The notes under the pieces were generated by a model. The model saw only the letters and a program-made list of their open reading frames with translations. It was not told where the DNA came from and searched no databases. A stretch of DNA of 64,000 bases from Squalus acanthias (lineage: Eukaryota): positions 98,272,001-98,336,000 of the forward strand of contig CM059431.1 of the NCBI GenBank assembly GCA_030390025.1. Reading direction: 5' to 3'. Positions 57,001-64,000 of the stretch are shown here, one piece after another (the stretch's first letter is position 1; each line of letters starts with the position of its first letter). The translations under genes were made by a program, and so were the position numbers.

Positions 57001-60000
57001 ATCGTCAGTGGGAGTCAGTAACTAGGATCGTCAGTGGGAGTCAGTAACTAGATTCTTCAGTGGGATTCAGTAACTAGTATCGTCAGTGGGAGTCAGTAAC
57101 TAGAATCGTCAGTGGGAGTCAGTAACTAGTATCGTCAGTGGGAGTCAGTAACGAGAATCGTCAGTGGGAGTCAGTAACTAGATTCTTCAGTGGGAGTCAG
57201 TAACTAGTATCGTCAGTGGGAGTCAGTAACTGGAATCGTCAGTGGGAGTCAGTAACTAGAATCGTCAGTGGGAGTCAGTAACTAGAATCGTCAGTGGGAG
57301 TCAGTAACTAGGATCATCAGTGGGAGTCAGTAACTAGAATCATCAGTGGGAGTCAGTAACTAGAGTCGTCAGTGGGAGTCAGTAACTAGATTCTTCAGTG
57401 GGAGTCAGTAACTAGGATCGTCAGTGGGAGTCAGTAACTAGGATCGTCAGTGGGAGTCAGTAACTAGAGTCGTCAGTGGGAGCCATAACTAGAATCATCA
57501 GTGGGAGTCAGTAACTAGAGTCGTCAGTGAGAGTCAGTAACTAGATTCGTCAGCGGGAGTCAGTAACTAGGATCGTCAGTGGGAGTCAGTAACTAGAATC
57601 ATCAGTGGCAGTCAGTAACTAGAGTCGTCAGTGGGAGTCAGTAACTAGATTCTTCAGTGAGAGTCAGTAACTAGAGTCGTCAGTGGGAGTCAGTAACTAG
57701 AATCGTCAGTGGGAGTCAGTAACTAGGATCGTCAGTGGGAGTCAGTAACTAGAATCATCAGAGGGAGTCAGTAACTAGGATCGTCAGTGGGAGTCAGTAA
57801 CTAGGATCGTCAGTGGGAGTCAGTAACTAGAATCGTCAGAGGGAGTCAGTAACTAGGATCGTCAGTGGGAGTCAGTAACTAGGATCGTCAGTGGGAGTCA
57901 GTAACTAGAGTCGTCAGTGAGAGTCAGTAACTAGATTCTTCAGTGGGAGTCAGTAACTCGGATCATCAGTGGGAGTCAGTATTAGAATCATCAGTGGGAG
58001 TCAGTAACTAGAATCGTCAGTGGGAGTCAGTAACTAGTATCGTCAGTGGGAGTCAGTAACTAGAATCGTCAGTGGGAGTCAGTAACTAGATTCTTCAGTG
58101 GGAGTCGGTAACTAGTATCGTCAGTGGGAGTCAGTAACTGGAATCGTCAGTGGGAGTCAATAACTAGAATCGTCAGTGGGAGTCAGTAACTAGAATCGTC
58201 AGTGGGAGTCAGTAACTAGGATCATCAGTGGGAGTCAGTACCTAGAATCATCAGTGGGAGTCAGTAACTAGAGTCGTCAGTGGGAGTCAGTAACTAGATT
58301 CTTCAGTGGGAGTCAGTAACTAGAGTCGTCAGTGAGAGTCAGTAACTAGATTCGTCAGCGTGAGTCAGTAACTAGGATCGTCAGTGGGAGTCAGTAACTA
58401 GAGTCGTCAGTGGGAGTCAGTAACTAGATTCTTCAGTGAGAGTCAGTACCTAGAGTCGTCAGTGGGAGTCAGTAACTAGAATCGTCAGTGGGAGTCAGTA
58501 ACTAGGATCGTCAGTGGGAGTCAGTAACTAGAATCGTCAGAGGGAGTCAGTAACTAGGATCGTCAGTGGGAGTCAGTAACTAGGATCGTCAGTGGGAGTC
58601 AGTAACTAGAATCGTCAGAGGGAGTCAGTAACTAGGATCGTCAGTGGGAGTCAGTAACTAGGATCATCAGTGGGAGTCAGTAACTAGGATCGTCAGTGAG
58701 AGTCAGTAACTAGATTCTTCAGTGGGATTCAGTAACTAGGATCATCAGTGGGAGTCAGTATTAGAATCATCAGTGGGAGTCAGTAACTAGAGTCGTCATT
58801 GGGAGTCAGTAACTAGATTCTTCAGTGGGAGTCAGTAACTAGGATCGTCAGTGGGAGTCAGTAACTAGGATCGTCAGTGGGAGTCAGTAACTAGGATCGT
58901 CAGTGGGAGTCAGTAACTAGAATCGTCAGTGGGAGTCAGTAACTAGGATCGTCAGTGGGAGTCAGTAACTAGAATCGTCAGTGGGAGTCAGTAACTAGAT
59001 TCTTCAGTGGGAGTCAGTAACTAGGATCGTCAGTGGGAGTCAGTAACTAGAGTCGTCAGTGGGAGTCAGTAACTAGATTCTTCAGTGGTCGTCAGTGACT
59101 AGATTCTTCAGTGGGAGTCAATAACTAGGATCGTCAGTGGGAGTCAGTAACTAGAATCGTCAGTGGGAGTCAGTAACTAGAATCGTCAGTGGGAGTCAGT
59201 AACTAGGATCATCAGTGGGAGTCAGTAACTAGGATCGTCAGTGGAAGTCAGTAACTAGAATCGTCTGTGGTTTTCAGTAACTAGAATCGTCAGTGGGAGT
59301 CAGTAACTAGAATCGTCAGTGGGAGTCAGTAACTAGGATCGTCAGTGAGAGTCAGTAACTAGGATCGTCAGTGGGAGTCAGTAACTAGAATCGTCAGTGG
59401 GAGTCAGTAACTAGAATCGTCAGTGGGAGTCAGTAACTAGGATCGTCAGTAGGAGTCAGTAACTAGAATCGTCAGTGAGAGTCAGTAACTAGGATCGTCA
59501 GTGGGAGTCAGTAACTAGAATCGTCAGTGGGAGTCAGTAACTAGGATCGTCAGTGGGAGTCAGTAACTGGGATCGTCAGTGGGAGTCAGTAACTAGGATC
59601 GTCATTGGGAGTCAGTAACTGGAATCGTCAGTGGGAGTCAGTAACTAGGATCGTCAGTGGGAGTCAGTAACTAGGATCGTCAGTGCGAATCAGTAACTAG
59701 GATCGTCAGTGGGAGTCAGTAACTAGAATCGTCAGTGGGAGTCAGTAACTAGGATCGTCAGTGGGAGTCAGTAACTAGAATCGTCAGTGGGAGTCAGTAA
59801 CTAGGATCGTCAGTGGGAGTCAGTAACTAGAATCGTCAGTGGGAGTCAGTAACTAGAATCGTCAGTGGGAGTCAGTAACTAGAATCGTCAGTGGGAGTCA
59901 GTAACTATAATCGTCAGTGGGAGTCAGTAACTAGGATCCTCAGTGGGAGTCAGTAACCAGGATCCTCAGTGGGAGTCAGTAACTAGGATCGTCAGTGGGA

Positions 60001-60104
60001 GTCAGTAACTAGAATCGTCAGTGGGAGTCAGTAACTAGGATCCTCAGTGAGAGTCAGTAACTAGGATCCTCAGTGGGTGTCAGTAACCAGGATCCTCAGT
60101 GGGA
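1..60104. repeat. 26-bp tandem satellite array, ~2,300 copies, open at the left edge of the window
   Basis: Unit CAGTGGGAGTCAGTAACTAG+(AATCGT|GATCGT|ATTCTT|AGTCGT|AATCTT|TATCGT). CAGTGGG recurs every 26 nt (e.g. 151, 177), with occasional 25-nt units. All units I read have the same orientation. The array ends at ...GGATCCTCAGTGGGA (60104). TAA/TAG on + and TAG/TGA on -, with a period not divisible by 3, close all frames, matching the empty ORF track. Confidence 0.99.
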
Positions 60105-60188
60105 TGGCCTCTCCTTATCCTCATTTCCCTGCACGATGGAGACACCATCGGCCTGAAACCAACCAGCTGACAATAGGCATCTTTATTT

Positions 60189-62806
60189 GTGGGGAGCTTT
60201 GTTGGTAAAGGATGGGATCAGTGCAGTGGTGAGAAGTGATATTGGCTCTGAAGATCAAGATGTAGAATCGGTTTGGGTGGAGATAATAAATAATAAAGGG
60301 AAAAAGTCTCTGGTGGGCCTAGTCTACAGGCACCCGAACAGTAGCAATACTGTTGGACAGAGTATAAATCAACAAATAATGGAGGCCTGTAAAAAAGGTA
60401 CGGTAATAATCATGGGTGATTTTAATCTATATTGATTGGACAAATCAAATTGGCCATGGTAGTCTTGAGGAGGAGTTCATAGAGTGCATCCGGGATGGTT
60501 TCCTAGAACAGTATGTGATGGAACCAACCAGGGAGCAGGCTATCTTGGATCTGGTACTATGTAATGAGACAGAATTAATAAATGATCTCATAGTAAAGGA
60601 TCCTGTAGGAAAGAGTGATCATAGCATGGTTGGGTTTCAAATTCAGTTGGAGGGTGAGAAAGTTGTATCTCAAACCAGTGTCCTGATCTTAAACAAAGGC
60701 AATTACAGTGGCATGAGGGCAGAACTGGCTAAAGTGGACTGGAAAATTAAATAAATGGGTAAGACAGTTGAAATGCAGTGGTGGATATTTAAGGAGATAT
60801 TTCATAACTCTCAACAAAAATATATTCCAGTGAGAAAGAAAGATTTTAAGAGAAAGGAGCACCATCCGTGGCTAACTAAGGAAGTAAAGGATGGTATCAA
60901 ATTGAAAACGAAGGCATACAATGTTGCCAAGATTAGTGGGAGGCCAGAGGATTGGGAAATTTTTTAAACCAGCAAAGGATGACTAAAAAAATAATAAAGA
61001 GAGAGAAGATGAATTATGAGAGTAAACTGGCAAGAAACATTAAAACAGATAGTAAGAGCTTCTACAAGTATATAAAAAGGAAGAGGGTAGCTAAAGTAAA
61101 TGTTGGTCCCTTAGAGGATGAGACTGGGGAATTAATAATGGGGAACGGGGAAATGGCAGAAACTCTGAACAAATATTTTGTATCTGCCTTCACGGTAGAA
61201 GACACTAACAACATCCCAATAATGGATAATCAAGGGGCCACAGGGAGGGGGGAACTAAAGATAATCACTATCACTAAGGAAATAGTACTTGGTAAAATAA
61301 TGGGACTAAAAGATGACAAGTCCCCTGGACCAGATGGCCTGCATCCCAGGGTCTTAAAAGAAGTGGCTGCAGAGATAGTGGATGCATTGGTTGTAATCTG
61401 CCAAAATTCCCTGGGCTCTGGAGATGTCCCAGCAGATTGGAAAACTGCAAATGTAACACCCCTTTTTAAGAAAGGAGGGAGACAGAAAGCAGGAAACTAT
61501 AGACCAGTTAGCCTAACATCTGTCGTTGGGAAAATGCTGGAGTCCTTCATTACGGAAGCAGTAGCACGGCATTTGGAAAATCATAATGCAGTCAAGCAGA
61601 GTCAGCATGGTTTTATGAAAGGGAAATCATGTTTAACAAACTTGCTGGAGTTCTTGGAGGAGGTAACGAGCAGGGTGGACAAAGGTGAGCCAGTGGATGT
61701 GGTGTATTTGGATTTCCAGAAGGCATTCGATAAGGTGTCACATAAAAGGTTACTGCATAAGATAAGAGCTCACGGAATTGGCGGTAATATATTAGCATGG
61801 ATAGAGAGTTGGCTAACTAACAGAAAGCAGAGAGTCGGGATAAATGGGTCATTTTCCGGTTGGCAAACGGTAACTAGTGGGGTGCCACAGGGATCGGTGC
61901 TGGGGCCCCAACTATTTACAATCTACATTAATGACTTGGATGAAGGGACCGAGTGTAATGTAGCCAAGTTTGCGGATGATACAAAGATGGGTGGGAAAAC
62001 AAGCTGTGCAGAGGACTCAAAGAACCTGCAAAGGGATATAGACAAGCTAAGTGAATGGGCAAACATTTGGCAGATGGAGTATAATGTGGGAAAGTGCGAG
62101 GTTATACACTTTGGCCGGAAAAATAAAAAAGCAAATTATTATTTAAATGGAGAGAGATTACAAAATGCTACAGTTCAGAGGGACCTGGGGGTCCTTGTGC
62201 ATGAAACACAAAAAGTTAGCATGCAGGTACAGCAAGTAATCAAAAAGGCAAATGGAATGTTGGCCTTTATTTCAAAGGGGTTGGAGTATAAAAGCAGGGA
62301 AGTCCTGCTACAACTGTACAGGGTATTGGTGAGACCACACCTTGAGTACTGCGTACAGTTTTGGTCTCCTTATTTAAGGAGGGATATACTTGCATTGGAG
62401 GCAGTTCAGAGATGATTCACTAGGCTAATTCCAAAGATGAGGGGTTTGACTTATGAGGTAAGGTTGAGCAGGCTGGGCCTATACTCATTGGAATTTAGAA
62501 GAATGAGAGGTGATCGTATTGAAACATATAAGATACTGAGGGGGCACGACAAGGTAGATGCAGAGAGGATGTTTCCCCTCATGGGGAAATCTAGAACGCG
62601 GGGGCACAGTTTTAGAATAAAGGGTCGCCCTTTTAGAACTGAGATGAGGGGGAGTATCTTCTCTCAGAGGGTCGTAAATCTGTGGAATTCTCTGCCCCAG
62701 AGCTGTGGAGGCTGGGTCATTAAATACATTTAAGGTGGAGATAGACAAATTTTTGCAAGATAAGGGAATGAAGGGTTATGGGGAGCGGGCAGGGAAGTAG
62801 CTTTGA
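60189..62806 (+). pseudogene. Disrupted CR1 ORF2 (endonuclease-reverse transcriptase)
   Basis: ORF-track pieces 60187-60435, 60416-60754, 60755-60967, 60952-62415 and 62437-62733 join into one protein. Lesions: frameshift near 60430 (FNL/IDW), in-frame TAA 60752-60754, frameshift at the T6 run 60960-60965, in-frame TGA 62413-62415 (QR*FTRLIP), and frameshift near 62701. After the last, another frame reads AVEAGSLNTFKVEIDKFLQDKGMKGYGERAGK to TAG 62798-62800, with TGA at 62804-62806. Confidence 0.93.
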
Positions 62807-62838
62807 GCCCTAGATCAGCCATGATCTTATTGAATGGC

Positions 62839-62877
62839 GGAGCAGGCTCGAGGGGCCAAGTGGCCTATTCCTGCTCC
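62839..62877 (+). other. CR1 3'-UTR stem-loop
   Basis: GGAGCAGG (62839-62846) pairs with CCTGCTCC (62870-62877), enclosing an inner GGCC-AAGT-GGCC hairpin (62854-62865). It lies just before the tail repeats. Confidence 0.8.
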
Positions 62878-62880
62878 TAT

Positions 62881-62903
62881 TTCTTATGTTCTTATGTTCT
62901 TAT
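62881..62903 (+). repeat. CR1 3' terminal microsatellite (TTCTTATG)x~3
   Basis: TTCTTATG TTCTTATG TTCTTAT read directly. Confidence 0.92.
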
Positions 62904-62956
62904 TTCTCCACCAGCCCCAATTGCACAGTCAGTTTGGTTGCTTCGCTAACATCAAA

Positions 62957-63120
62957 GACATAAAAGATCCCACGACACTATTGAAGGAAGAGAAGGGAGC
63001 TCTCCCCGGTGTCCTGGGGCCAATAATGAGCCAATGACCAATTTCATTAAAACCGATTACCTGGTCATTTATCACATTGCTGTTTGTGACACTTTGGGAC
63101 AGTTTAGAAATGTGTCTTTC
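62957..63120 (+). mobile_element. Decayed DeuSINE-like fragment (Deu domain; SacSINE1/AmnSINE1-related)
   Basis: Blocks GACATAAAAGATCCCA..CACTATT, CTCCCCGGTGTCCTGG..CCAATA and GATTACCTGGTCATTTATCACATTGCTGTTTGTG resemble the Deu-domain consensus as I recall it, followed by tail-like remnants CTTTGGGAC and AAATG..TCTTTC. Recognised from memory, not aligned. No tRNA-derived head is seen. Confidence 0.72.
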
Positions 63121-63209
63121 ATTTTGTTTGTGAGGCCAGCAGGGACACAAATGTTCCTCCTGGCCCCACAAAAATCTTGTGGCCCAATTTTGTGCTCCCT
63201 CCATCACTG

Positions 63210-63232
63210 CCCCCCCGCCCCCCCCCACCCCC
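63210..63232. repeat. Low-complexity poly-C tract (C7-G-C9-A-C5)
   Basis: Read directly; G-rich on the minus strand. Confidence 0.85.
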
Positions 63233-63540
63233 TGCTCCTTTTACACATACTTCGTTCTTCAGCTCTGCTGGATTCCCCAACCCCTCCCCTTCTTTTCAGA
63301 CTTAGTAAACATGGGAAATCTTCTGCCTGTGTTTACTATGGGGTAAATGTTCTAACCCCGTGCTCCTGGCATAGAGTTATCCCCGGGGAGCGCACATTGG
63401 GAAATAGTGGGCTGCATGTGTAAGGGGTCCCAATGTGTACTGTCAACGAACAAGGCTCTGCATCTGGAACACACAGCAGGAAAGTTTACCCCTACACTGT
63501 TAACCCATAGTGATCAGAGGGAGTCTTCCTTCTACACTTA

Positions 63541-64000
63541 GAGCACTGTGCACAGTTCTGGTCTCCATATACCTTGGTTAGACCCTCCTTGGAGCACTGT
63601 GCACAGTCCTGGTCTCCATATACCTTGGTTAGACCCTCCTTGGAGCACTGTGCACAGTCCTGGTCTCCATATACCTTGGTTAGACCCTCCTTGGAGCACT
63701 GTGCACAGTCCTGGTCTCCATATACCTTGGTTAGACCCTCCTTGGAGCACTGTGCACAGTCCTGGTCTCCATATACCTTGGTTAGACCCTCCTTGGAGCA
63801 CTGTGCACAGTCCTGGTCTCCATATACCTTGGTTAGACCCTCCTTGGAGCACTGTGCACAGTCCTGGTCTCCATATACCTTGGTTAGACCCTCCTTGGAG
63901 CACTGTGCACAGTCCTGGTCTCCATATACCTTGGTTAGACCCTCCTTGGAGCACTGTGCACAGTCCTGGTCTCCATATACCTTGGTTAGACCCTCCTTGG
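63541..64000. repeat. 51-bp minisatellite, 9 copies in the window, open at the right edge; unit homologous to CR1 ORF2
   Basis: Unit GAGCACTGTGCACAGTCCTGGTCTCCATATACCTTGGTTAGACCCTCCTTG starts at 63541, 63592 and so on. Copies 2-9 appear identical and copy 1 has TTCTGG for TCCTGG. The + strand reads LVRPSLEHCAQSWSPYT. Confidence 0.98.

Larger units (their letters stand above)
60189..62903 (+). mobile_element. 5'-truncated CR1-clade non-LTR retrotransposon (LINE), ~2.7 kb
   Basis: Collinear ORF2 fragments with APE endonuclease motifs (IMGDFN, LDLV, SDH), RT motifs (NYRPVSLTS, QHGF, YLDFQKAFDKV, GVPQGSVLGP, KFADD) and the CR1-type C-terminus (LVRPHLEYCVQFWSP, WNSLP). It ends in a stem-loop plus 8-bp tandem tail typical of CR1. 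There is no ORF1 and the start of the endonuclease is missing. Confidence 0.96.

Noticed and set aside
1..60104. CRISPR-like array (constant 20-mer plus variable 6-mer)
   Set aside because: The variable part is only 6 nt, drawn from a few related alleles rather than unique spacers. There are no cas genes and the context is a vertebrate LINE/SINE.
1..60104. Repetitive protein-coding gene, telomeric repeat or G-quadruplex array
   Set aside because: Stops occur in all frames, there is no TTAGGG repeat, and each unit has only one GGG with 23-nt spacing.
1..60104. Origin of the 26-mer from a 13-bp dimer; AP-1/CRE-like sites (GAGTCA, CGTCA) in each unit
   Set aside because: GANTC motifs are 13 nt apart but the halves match at only 5/13 positions. 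The motifs are short partial matches with no functional support.
60134..60150. Hairpin CGATGG-AGACA-CCATCG in the spacer
   Set aside because: A 6-bp stem is expected by chance, and there are no RNA gene features.
61274..62748. Minus-strand ORFs 61274-61459, 61613-61798 and 62485-62748
   Set aside because: Short antisense shadows of LINE ORF2 with no recognisable motifs.
62834..63423. ORFs 62834-63037, 62929-63228 and 63034-63423
   Set aside because: They run across the LINE tail, SINE relic and poly-C tract, with no recognisable protein similarity.
63513..63525. ATCAGAGGGAGTC matches a satellite variant just before the minisatellite
   Set aside because: A 13-nt match to one of many variants is plausible by chance.
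63538..63954. 138-aa minus-strand ORF (LQGGSNQGIWRPGLCTV)n
   Set aside because: By-product of a stop-free 51-bp repeat, antisense to the CR1-derived frame.

Overview
Eukaryotic, almost certainly vertebrate DNA; the repeat families suggest a cartilaginous fish (inference). I can support no intact gene. Bases 1-~60104 are one uninterrupted head-to-tail satellite of a 26-bp unit (CAGTGGGAGTCAGTAACTAG plus a variable hexamer AATCGT/GATCGT/ATTCTT/AGTCGT), about 2,300 copies, with nested kb-scale block duplications. After an ~85-bp unique spacer comes a 5'-truncated, inactivated CR1-clade LINE (~60189-62903, +), with partial endonuclease, reverse transcriptase, 3' stem-loop and (TTCTTATG)n tail. 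Next are a decayed DeuSINE-like fragment (~62957-63120), ~400 bp of unique DNA, and a near-perfect 51-bp minisatellite running off the window end. The most notable observation is that this 51-bp unit is a piece of CR1 ORF2 (the LVRPHLEYCVQFWSPY motif). The 26-bp satellite may, more speculatively, also come from CR1 RT sequence. I found no evidence of a new protein-coding system or a CRISPR array.
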